From the NCBI GenBank assembly GCA_031284365.1, contig JAISZX010000061.1, positions 1 through 62,585 on the forward strand: 62,585 nt of DNA. Direction: 5' to 3'. The DNA is from Holosporaceae bacterium. Its GTDB lineage: Bacteria > Pseudomonadota > Alphaproteobacteria > UBA3830. A program made the translations under genes and the position numbers. Below are positions 1 to 8,900 of this stretch, in pieces; position 1 is the stretch's first letter, and every line of letters begins with the position of its first letter. Under the pieces are notes generated by a model. That model made no database searches. It worked only from the letters and a program-made list of their open reading frames with translations, and was not told the origin of the DNA.

Positions 1-2
1 GA

Positions 3-1613
3 AAGATAGTAGATGGCTACATTAAAATTGACTATAAAAGCGGTAATTCATACGAGGGAGAATTCAAAGGTGGCAAAAAGAATGGCAAAGGAAAACTTAC
101 CTATCCCGATGGCAGCAGCTATGAAGGAATATTTAGAGATGGCAAAGAGAATGGCAAAGGAAAATTTACCTATCCCGATGGCAGTTTCTATGAGGGTGAT
201 TTCGAAAAAGGTGTCAAAAAGGGACTATTTTTGGATAAAAATATAAAAAGTAGAGAAGAGGAAGAGAAAAAGAAAAGAGAAGAGGAAGAGAAAAAGAGAA
301 AAATAGAGGAAGAGAAAAAGAATATCGCAGAAAAGGAAGTCATCGATCCAAAAAATTGGCTGACAGATGAACAACAGCAAAATAAGCTAAATATATTGCT
401 GAACAGTAATAAACCACCTGAAAAAATTACCTTCTTCGGTAAATGCGATAATAACAAAATTAAGAAGGGAAAAGGTGTAGTAGTTTACCCCAATGGTAAT
501 TACTATGCGGGAAATTTCGACAATAACCTTAGAGATGGAGAAGGTAAATTTATATTAAGGGGTAAGGATAATTCTATCCAGAGGGAATATAACTGTCTGT
601 ACAGAGATGGAAAAATAGTGAATGGCTATACTGAAATTTATGACATTGGGGGAAGGATTAGCTACGAGGGAGAATTCAAAGATGGCAAAAAAAATGGCAG
701 AGGAAAATTTACCTATCCCGATGGCAGCAGCTATGAAGGAATATTTAAAGATGACGAAAAAGATGGCGAAGGTATTTTTACTAGCACTAGAAGTAATACC
801 GAACACCGTTGTACATACAAAGATGGAAAGATAGTAAATGGCTACATTAAAATTGACTATGAAAACGGTAGTTCATACGAGGGAGAATTCAAAGATGGCA
901 GAAAAAACGGCAAAGGAAAACTTACCTATCAAGATGGCAGTTTCTATGAGGGTGATTTCGAAAAAGGTGTCAGAAAGGGAAAGGGACTATTTGTGAATAA
1001 AGATATGAAATTTATGCTCTACGGTGACTGGAGTAATAACGGCACAACTTTGGATGGAACATACCGAAATCTTGAAGATGGTGTCATAAAAGCAGGAAAA
1101 TTAACTTTCGATGGCAGTACGGTGAGTCATACAGACGATAAAGTTATAGAAGGAAAGGAAACTATTACTATAAATACTTACAAAAAAATAATGGAAGAAG
1201 TAAAGAAATCCAAAAAGAATACGGAGGTGGACAACAATGGAACTTTAAAAGTTTTTTCATTTCAAAAAAGCGGTGTCTTTTCTTCTGTATTATCAGGAAA
1301 ACAAACAATATCCGAACAACAGACCGGCATTGACAATTCATCAATGTCTGACAAACCGCAGGAAATAATACCACAAAATATCGTTATACCACCAAATGCC
1401 GTTGTGCCACCAAATAACAGTGTACCAAGTTCAGCTGTTGATGCTAGCAGAGGTATTGATAATAAAATAAAAAAAATATTGACTAAGGGACCAAATGAAG
1501 GGTCAAAGTTATTTACAGAAAAATTTCCACAAAAATCGAATAAAAGTTGGGAAGATCAATCAAAAGGAAATGGCGACACTAGTGTAAATAATGGGATAAC
1601 ACCTTTTGGATGA
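3..1613 (+). CDS. MORN-repeat protein, 5' end off-window
   Basis: Frame 3 is open from nt 3 with no stop before 1613, so the tracked ORF 231..1613 (TTG) is only the distal part. It has about ten YEGEFKDGKKNGKGKxTYPDGSxYEG-type units, matching the MORN consensus YxGxWxxGxxxGxG. There is an E/K-rich spacer at 244-330 and a Pro/Asn-rich tail. Confidence 0.8.
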   Translation, partial: KIVDGYIKIDYKSGNSYEGEFKGGKKNGKGKLTYPDGSSYEGIFRDGKENGKGKFTYPDGSFYEGDFEKGVKKGLFLDKNIKSREEEEKKKREEEEKKRKIEEEKKNIAEKEVIDPKNWLTDEQQQNKLNILLNSNKPPEKITFFGKCDNNKIKKGKGVVVYPNGNYYAGNFDNNLRDGEGKFILRGKDNSIQREYNCLYRDGKIVNGYTEIYDIGGRISYEGEFKDGKKNGRGKFTYPDGSSYEGIFKDDEKDGEGIFTSTRSNTEHRCTYKDGKIVNGYIKIDYENGSSYEGEFKDGRKNGKGKLTYQDGSFYEGDFEKGVRKGKGLFVNKDMKFMLYGDWSNNGTTLDGTYRNLEDGVIKAGKLTFDGSTVSHTDDKVIEGKETITINTYKKIMEEVKKSKKNTEVDNNGTLKVFSFQKSGVFSSVLSGKQTISEQQTGIDNSSMSDKPQEIIPQNIVIPPNAVVPPNNSVPSSAVDASRGIDNKIKKILTKGPNEGSKLFTEKFPQKSNKSWEDQSKGNGDTSVNNGITPFG

Positions 1614-1756
1614 GGCTAAGTTGTACAAAGGTGAATCCAGAGAGAATAGGGTAGGGGAATGATATTATCTAATATTTGCATTTTATCCATTGATTTTTAT
1701 TTATTTATAATTAATATACAATTATAGGCGATGTATATCGCATTATTAAAATAACC

Positions 1757-2248
1757 ATGGAGGAAAGTATGGAAAAAGTGTGGAAAAAAGGAAAAAAAGG
1801 AAGTAAACAGGTAGGAAAGAGAAAGACAAGAGAAGAGGAAGAGGAAGAAATGATGAGAAGAGAATTGGAAAAAATTGAAAAAGTAAAAGAAGAGGAAGAA
1901 ATAGATATGGTGAGATTGGCTAGAGAAATGGAAAAAATACTTGTGAAAAATGAAAAAAAATTGGAAAAAAATATAAAAGTAGAAAAAAGTGAAACGGAGG
2001 AAAAACAACTGAGAGCTGGTCAGTTAAAGAAAACTAATCAGACAAAACAGGTTAAGACGAATGCAGCTGCAGCTATACCAAGTTTAAGTAAAGTTAATAC
2101 TCGTCGCGCCCCTAACAGTAAAATAACTGGCGTATCATCTTCTAGAACAAATATTAGGTCAATTAATACAGGAGTGAATAGAAAAGAAGAAAAAAAAGAT
2201 GAAAAACTTAGTTTAACGGTAAATGGTGCTGATTGGATCATTAGTTGA
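1757..2248 (+). CDS. hypothetical Lys/Glu-rich protein
   Basis: 163-aa ORF, same strand as its neighbours, with a strongly charged N-half (EEEEEEMMRRELEKIEKVKEEEE). No recognisable domain. Confidence 0.4.
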   Translation: MEESMEKVWKKGKKGSKQVGKRKTREEEEEEMMRRELEKIEKVKEEEEIDMVRLAREMEKILVKNEKKLEKNIKVEKSETEEKQLRAGQLKKTNQTKQVKTNAAAAIPSLSKVNTRRAPNSKITGVSSSRTNIRSINTGVNRKEEKKDEKLSLTVNGADWIIS

Positions 2249-2386
2249 ACAATTAGAGCAGTACTCATGCAAATGATAATAGAGATGTAACCACGTGAAT
2301 GGCTACATCTCTGGCGATAAAATATTGTACTGCCCAACCACTATAATCATTGCAACTATAGCTCATGTCTATGGTATATGATTTAA

Positions 2387-3190
2387 ATGGAATATACAAA
2401 TAACCTCAAATTACCGCTACTTGTACCTAACCAATCTGGCAAGGAATTTACTCACAATGAGGCTCTGATCATTCTGGATAATTTGCTACATAGTGGAATT
2501 ATAGCCATTGTTAGTGAGCCACCAAATGTGCCAACGGTGGGTGGAAAGTATCTAATTAGTACAGATCCGGCGGGAGATTTTTTGGATAAAGAAAACCACA
2601 TAGCTGTCTACGACAATGGCTGGAGATTTATTATGCCGGCCACCGGTCAAATTATGTGGGACATGACTCTACATAAATTGATGGTTTTTGGTGAAAATTG
2701 GGAAGAGCTTACTGTAAATAATGCTGATAGCAGATTTGATGAAAATTTTAGCATAGTCAATCCCCAGGAAAATGACATTCTTAGCTATAGCAGTGGAAAA
2801 TTTTCCAATAACGGAGGATTACTGACAACATTGCTGAACTCTAAGGCAAATTTTGATTTTTCTAATATAACGAGTGTCGCCAAAAAACTAGTTTGCAATC
2901 TGTCAGCACCATCCAGCAGATCCATAAGCATATCCGTTGGAACAACGGGTAGCACCTACACAGCTCCGGCCAATGGCTACGTATCTATGCTCTCTACAGC
3001 CACCGGAGACCAGGCTATTGGAATACTGCGAAATATCAGTGCTGACAATTTGATACAGCGATTTGTAATACGCTATAGTAACTACTCCCACGGAGTATTT
3101 ATACCAACGGCTGCAGGACAGATTATACAATACGAGTACTCAAATATGAGTATTAACCAGCTGTCCTTTCACTATGCCAATGGCAACTAA
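2387..3190 (+). CDS. DUF2793-type phage/GTA tail-fibre-like protein
   Basis: The N-terminus NNLKLPLLVPNQSGKEFTHNEALIILDNLL ... PPNVPTVGGKYLIS ... IAVYDNGWRFIMP matches the DUF2793 signature (LxLPxxxxxQxxKxxxxNEALxxLD ... PP ... GxxYxV ... iAxxxxGWxF) as I recall it. Confidence 0.7.
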   Translation: MEYTNNLKLPLLVPNQSGKEFTHNEALIILDNLLHSGIIAIVSEPPNVPTVGGKYLISTDPAGDFLDKENHIAVYDNGWRFIMPATGQIMWDMTLHKLMVFGENWEELTVNNADSRFDENFSIVNPQENDILSYSSGKFSNNGGLLTTLLNSKANFDFSNITSVAKKLVCNLSAPSSRSISISVGTTGSTYTAPANGYVSMLSTATGDQAIGILRNISADNLIQRFVIRYSNYSHGVFIPTAAGQIIQYEYSNMSINQLSFHYANGN

Positions 3191-3203
3191 TTTTAGGAGA
3201 AAT

Positions 3204-3599
3204 ATGATGTTTGTAGAATTAGATGATAATGGCAACATACTAGCTTCCGCCAGCTTCAGATTCAGCGAAAGCTGTGTAGAGACGAATGTGGAAATAGTGA
3301 GGTCGAAGGATGGTAAACTATTCTTTCTAGGAGAAGAGCCTCAAGTAGATAAACTTGAGGACAGAAAAAAGGAAATCATTTTTGAAAGACAACAGAAATT
3401 GGAAAATGTGTTCTACAGTGAGTACCCTCTTTATAAACAGTGTAACATTGGCATCTATGGCACAGCCGAAGAGAAGCTCGCGTTTAAAAACTTCCATGAC
3501 TCAAAGGTGGCCATATACCACATTTTTACTGACGCCGTAGAGGAGTGCACAAATTTGAACGAACTCGATGAACTATGTTCTTCATTAAACGAAGAATAG
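3204..3599 (+). CDS. hypothetical protein, probable partner of the DUF2793 gene
   Basis: ATG at 3204 is preceded by AGGAG (3195-3199), 14 nt after the DUF2793 stop. 131 aa, no recognisable domain. The longer tracked start at 3174 overlaps the upstream gene and lacks an SD. Confidence 0.5.
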   Translation: MMFVELDDNGNILASASFRFSESCVETNVEIVRSKDGKLFFLGEEPQVDKLEDRKKEIIFERQQKLENVFYSEYPLYKQCNIGIYGTAEEKLAFKNFHDSKVAIYHIFTDAVEECTNLNELDELCSSLNEE

Positions 3600-4397
3600 T
3601 TTCGTCATTAGATAGTTCGACACCAATATGGATATTGATGCACTAATTACTGCGTTTATTGTGGCCTTACCAACGCCATCGGCCCCGCCACTTGAGTAAA
3701 ATCCGTTGTAGCAGCCACAAACCGACACAATAAAGCCGAATAGGACGGATTTAATTAGACCGGAACATATGTCCTCGCTTTTCAGAAAATTCATGGTGTT
3801 ACGCAGATAGATGCTGAGATCAAAACCAAGACTAGTAACACTAGCTACCGTACCACCAAAAATACCAACCACGTCAGCAATCAGCACTAGAAATGGCATA
3901 GAAAACGTCATAGCGATGATCTTTGGCAAAATTAGATATCTATAGGGGCAGGTGGACATAGTGTAGAGCGCATCTATCTGGTCAGTTACACGCATAGTGC
4001 CTATCTGCGCTGCCATAGATGAACTTACTCTTCCGGCTACCATTAGACCGACTAATATTGGAGCCAGCTCTCTAGTTATAGCCAAAACCACTATGGTTGG
4101 TACTGTACTTTCGGCACCAAATCTATTGCAACCGGCATAGGTTTGGAGAGCCATTACACCACCAGTAAATATGGCCGTCATAACCACCACCGGTATAGAA
4201 GAAACCCCTACTGACAGAAATTGCTCCAGTAAATTATTAGGGTACCATTTTCCGCTAAAAATCCCCTTCAGAGATTTTCCAATGAAAATCGTAAATCTAC
4301 CAACGGAAATAAAAAAACTGCTGGTTAACTCTCTCATCGTATGGCCTATATTTTGTATAATGTACATAGCTGAACCGTTCTCAAAAATTACCGCCAC
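3585..4397 (-). CDS. mlaE: phospholipid/lipid-asymmetry ABC transporter permease MlaE
   Basis: QFLSVGVSSIPVVVMTAIFTGGVMALQ ... TRELAPILVGLMVAGRVSSSMAAQIGTMRVTDQIDAL is the MlaE/YrbE family core. Confidence 0.85.
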   Translation of the reverse strand: MAVIFENGSAMYIIQNIGHTMRELTSSFFISVGRFTIFIGKSLKGIFSGKWYPNNLLEQFLSVGVSSIPVVVMTAIFTGGVMALQTYAGCNRFGAESTVPTIVVLAITRELAPILVGLMVAGRVSSSMAAQIGTMRVTDQIDALYTMSTCPYRYLILPKIIAMTFSMPFLVLIADVVGIFGGTVASVTSLGFDLSIYLRNTMNFLKSEDICSGLIKSVLFGFIVSVCGCYNGFYSSGGADGVGKATINAVISASISILVSNYLMTKLFFV

Positions 4398-4458
4398 TGT
4401 GGGTGATTATCAGATATTTTTTTATAAAAATCAATGGTCACGTAGCATCACATAATCC

Positions 4459-5427
4459 TTATTTGAAGAATTCTGCTACAGCACATTCAATTTCATTGAG
4501 ATTATCTATCCCATTAATTTTAGCTCTGAATTCACCACTGTTCTGTAGTCCAGCACTATACCAATTTAAATGCCTTCTAAACAGAGGAATTGCTTTGTTT
4601 TCGCCATAGTAACTGACCATTAGTCCAAGGTGTCTAAGTATCACTGTAACCATCGCCATTCCTTCCAATTTTTTAAATTCTCTGCCATTCAATTCGTCCT
4701 CTAGTTTTTTGAACAGCCAAGGTTTACCACATGCTCCCCTTGCAATCATTGCCCCATCAGCGCCACTTTCCCGAAGGGCCTGCTTTAGATTTTCTGCGGT
4801 TCTGATATCTCCATTCACTATGACTGGTATCTTTACGGAATTTTTTACATTGGCCACCTCAATCCAATTTGCCTTTCCCTCGTATAGTTGATTTCTAGTT
4901 CTGGCATGCACTGTAATCATTTTTATTCCCGCCTCTTCCGCAATCTTTGCCATAGTGGTGGCATTCATGCTATCAAAGTCCCAGCCTAACCTCATCTTCA
5001 TCGTTACGGGAATTCTAGCGGCATCAACGACTGCCTTCATGATATCTCTGGCTAGATCTATATCTCTCATGGCAGCTGCACCGGCAAATCCTTTCACCAC
5101 TTTTTTCACTGGGCAGCCAAAATTTATGTCTATTATATCTGCCACAGCTGAATCACTGATCAATTTAGCAGCTTCGGCCATATAATAGGGACTATTGCCA
5201 ACTATCTGTAGAGCGTTCGGAACATGGAGTACTCTGGTTCCATCGAGAAATTTTCCATGGCCAGAAGAGAGTATAGCTCTACAGGAAATCATTTCACTGA
5301 ACAACAGTCCAACCCCACCAAAACTTTCAACCATAGTCCTGAACGGAGGATCCGTTACTCCCGCCATTGGTGCCAACATTAGCGAACTAGCTACTCTTAT
5401 GTTACCAATATCTATTGCTCTAATCAC
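4459..5427 (-). CDS. dus: tRNA-dihydrouridine synthase (DusB/NifR3 type)
   Basis: LAPMAGVTDPPFR ... IDINFGCPVKKV ... PVTMKMRLGWD ... ITVHARTR ... IPVIVNGDI are typical Dus family motifs. Confidence 0.9.
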   Translation of the reverse strand: MIRAIDIGNIRVASSLMLAPMAGVTDPPFRTMVESFGGVGLLFSEMISCRAILSSGHGKFLDGTRVLHVPNALQIVGNSPYYMAEAAKLISDSAVADIIDINFGCPVKKVVKGFAGAAAMRDIDLARDIMKAVVDAARIPVTMKMRLGWDFDSMNATTMAKIAEEAGIKMITVHARTRNQLYEGKANWIEVANVKNSVKIPVIVNGDIRTAENLKQALRESGADGAMIARGACGKPWLFKKLEDELNGREFKKLEGMAMVTVILRHLGLMVSYYGENKAIPLFRRHLNWYSAGLQNSGEFRAKINGIDNLNEIECAVAEFFK

Positions 5428-5814
5428 AAAAATTAAAATCTCCTAGAATTTTATTTTAAAATTTTTCTATCTGCATAGGTGATGATTGTCGTCTTACAGC
5501 TATTTTTCAATATGCCCATTAAAATAGAATGGCCGTCGATCTACGGTGAAATTTTCCGAATAATTACGGTGGACATATACAATGAGAACTGAAGATCAAT
5601 AGTTTCGAACCAGACTATCATAGAAAAGTTAGGGTGTGGCTTAGTAGAGGGATATGGCTAAATATTTCTTGCATTCTTTACAGCAGTATTCTTACCTTTG
5701 TTACATACACATATTCCATCTATTTCTAAACAGAGATAGAGGAATGGTTGGCGATTGTGATTTTTATAACTTATTGTTTTTTAAAATTTTCAATTTATCA
5801 TTAGCCAATCATAA

Positions 5815-5900
5815 GCCCGCGTGATGGAATGGTAGACATAACAGACTTAAAATCTGTGGGGCTTTGGTCCTTGCCGGTTCAAGTCCGGCTGCGGGTACCA
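5815..5900 (+). tRNA. tRNA-Leu(UAA), CCA encoded
   Basis: GCCCGCG-TG-...-ACAGA CTTAAAA TCTGT with a long variable arm (GGGGCTTTGGTCCTTG), T-arm CCGGTTCAAGTCCGG and a ...GCGGGTACCA end. Near-collinear with the E. coli tRNA-Leu(UAA) layout. Confidence 0.9.
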
Positions 5901-5942
5901 TTGTAATTATTATTCGTCTGGGAAAAAAAGGGGGACAAACTA

Positions 5943-8900
5943 GTGGCACAAAATATTCTGAAAAAACTCAAGCATGCCGCAGGAATTCTTGGTGAGAAGA
6001 TTATCGATACTATAAAAAAAATAGCTAAGACACTATTCGTATTTGTGATAATTATAGTTATAATAATTCTAGTTTATCTGATTATCATTTTAGTGTTCTC
6101 CGTAACCAATTCTAAAGAACTTAAAGGAACATGTATAGAGGCGGATGAGTTCGGTCAAAAGAGAAATACAATTCCAGCAAAACCTATTAGTAATTCCGAC
6201 TACCTTTTGGAAAGCAAAACCTATAGCCATGAAAAATTCATGGAAAGAATCAAACAAACTAATCTAAGGCTTTCTTTGACCGGGGAACCCATAATGATAA
6301 ATATAATTGGCAAATGGATACCCTGGCTTAGTAATTTAACTAAAGAAGATAAGAGAAGTATTGGTCTCGACGATAATTTTTTCTGCTCTCTAGAGAAACA
6401 CAAAGTAACTGGCAGCTATTCATTTAGCAATAATGCAGAGGAAAATGAGCTCTACTATATAAGAAATTACTACAGCGGGATAAAGGAATCGATGACCAAA
6501 ACCATCGGTGAAGATAGAAAAATTAGCATTAAAGGTCTAGAGGAGATACCCGAGAGGCAAAAAGAGTGCTGGCTGACAAGGGGTGCTGGCATGTACCTGG
6601 CCGCCTACGGAGTGAATGGTAAGACTGAGCCATCAGCTTTTCACCACGTGTTGGCTTCAAAAATGATATGTAATGAGATAGACTGGTTTGGAGGAAAAAC
6701 AAAAAACGATAACTACATCATAACTCCATACAATATAGGCGACAGCAACTATAACTACAGACTAAACGACTTTAAGAAAAATTATTTTTCCATTAGCTAC
6801 TATGAAGATCCTAGCGACGTCAACACAGATTTGAATGATGAAGACAAAACAATTCTTATTCAAAATGGTGGTCAAATCATCTATAACATAGAAGCCCATG
6901 AGAACCTTCTTATAGACAAAGGGATCAAAAACTATGGACTCATTATAGCTAATTCCATGGCCAAATTTGCCCAGGCATGCTATAGAATTTCAAGAGACAT
7001 TGAAGGCAAAAATTATAGATCATATAAATCATATTTTCAGTATGGACCAAAGACGCTATATCGCAATATAGCCGGTCTACAAAATATTAAGTATGACTAT
7101 GGGGAAAAAATACAGATGATCATCGTCGACAAATACTATAAAAATAACTCTGGAGACTACCAGATAGAAATCATATCCGGCATAGAACTTGATGATGCCA
7201 ATGGCATCGAGGGAAAACTGCAGGAGGTGGAGTTTTTCCTGCTAGGAACTCCCTATGTGGGTCAACTGAAGGATAGAACTGATGGCATGATTGCTAGAAT
7301 ATTCCACAATGTCCTCAGTAATGATTTTGTGCTATTTGTCAGGGCCTCTATGGCACTGTATATTGCCATCTATGGTTTTAGAGTAGCTTTTGGCTTTAAG
7401 AAAAATAAAAATGATAAGAGCGCGATAACTCGAAGAGATCTTATGATGACCATGATCAAGCTAAGCGTAATAACAGCCATAACATCCCCAAATGCCTTTA
7501 GTTTTTTTAGTTCAGTAATTATGAGTTTTACCATAAATGGTACTATAGGAATTGTGGACATGATAGCGGGCATATTCAGAAACTCTTCCGTAAATAATAC
7601 CATATCTTTAGTTGGAGGTTTAAAATATGCTAGCAACATACCCACTCTTTCGAGAAATTTCGCCATTGTTGATGAAGTAGCGGCTTTTTTTGTGGATAAG
7701 CCACTGCTAGCTAAGGCATTTTCTTTTGTATTCATGAAAGGCATAAATTTTTTGTTTGGAGTTATTATTTCCATAGCGATGCTTCTCACAATGCTGTTCT
7801 ATCTTCTTAAGCTCTTGCAGGCCATAGTTCCATTCATATTTGTTCTAATACAATTTACCCTAGTTTTACCACTGGCACCACTATTCATACTATTTGGATT
7901 ATTTGATCAGACCAGTACCTTTATGAAAAATTGGCTAAAATTTATTTTTTCAAAGTGTCTAGAACTTATAAGTTTTTTCACAGCATTTTATTTCTGCACA
8001 AATATTATAGATAATTATGTAAAAAAACTACTGTCGTTCAGAGTTTGTTTTAAAGGACTTGGAGATCTATTATTTCCCAACAGCGAAGGTAAAAAGGCAG
8101 TTGAAGTGAAAAATTTTAATGATTTTTTTGAAGTAAACTGGATTAAAGAGATTTTGAATAATTTCATAGCAATAATAAGAGAAGATTTACCAAATAATTT
8201 CTTTATGTATTATATGATAAACATTCTCATCACAGTTGCTCTGACAATTATGTTTGACACAATAACTAAAGAAATCATGACTATAATTGGCAGCATACTC
8301 ACCATAGATGGAGCTACGGCCAATGAAGGTGGTGGTGCGAGCGCTTTAGGTTCCTTTGATAAATTTGGAGTAAGTTCACAGCTAGTTAATTTCAGTAAAA
8401 CTATGGGATTGGCTACTCTACAGAAAGAAAGTGATGCATTATCATGGACAAAGGGGCTGGTCGATCTAGAAAAGGGTATCGGCGAAAATGCTGTAAAAGT
8501 TCTGAGAGGTGCTAAAAATGTTGCAGAATTTGTAGCTAGTCCAAGTAAAGAGTCACTTGGCAATCTGATCCAAAAATCAACCTCCTGGACGGATGAAAAA
8601 GGTAATGTCCATGGAGCCTTTGACAAAGGGTCTCTAATTGATCTCAGTGGAAACAGTGGAGGTCTTATGGTGGGAGATGCACCAAGTAATAAAGATGAAG
8701 GACTATCATGGGCAGACACCGTTAAAAAAATGGATGACGTTATGTCAAGAGATTTCAAAGATACGATGGTTGATAGATTGATAGATGATGAGGGAGAGAA
8801 AAAACTTGGGAAAGATGTTTCCAAGGATATTGATCTACTTAAAGAGAGAAACAGAGAATTTAAAAACCAGATACGTGAATTATCCGATGAGGACATTAGC

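Noticed and set aside
13-246. 77-aa plus-strand ORF at the window start
   Set aside because: It is an off-frame reading of the MORN repeats. The MORN frame (frame 3) is open across the same bases and continues into 231..1613.
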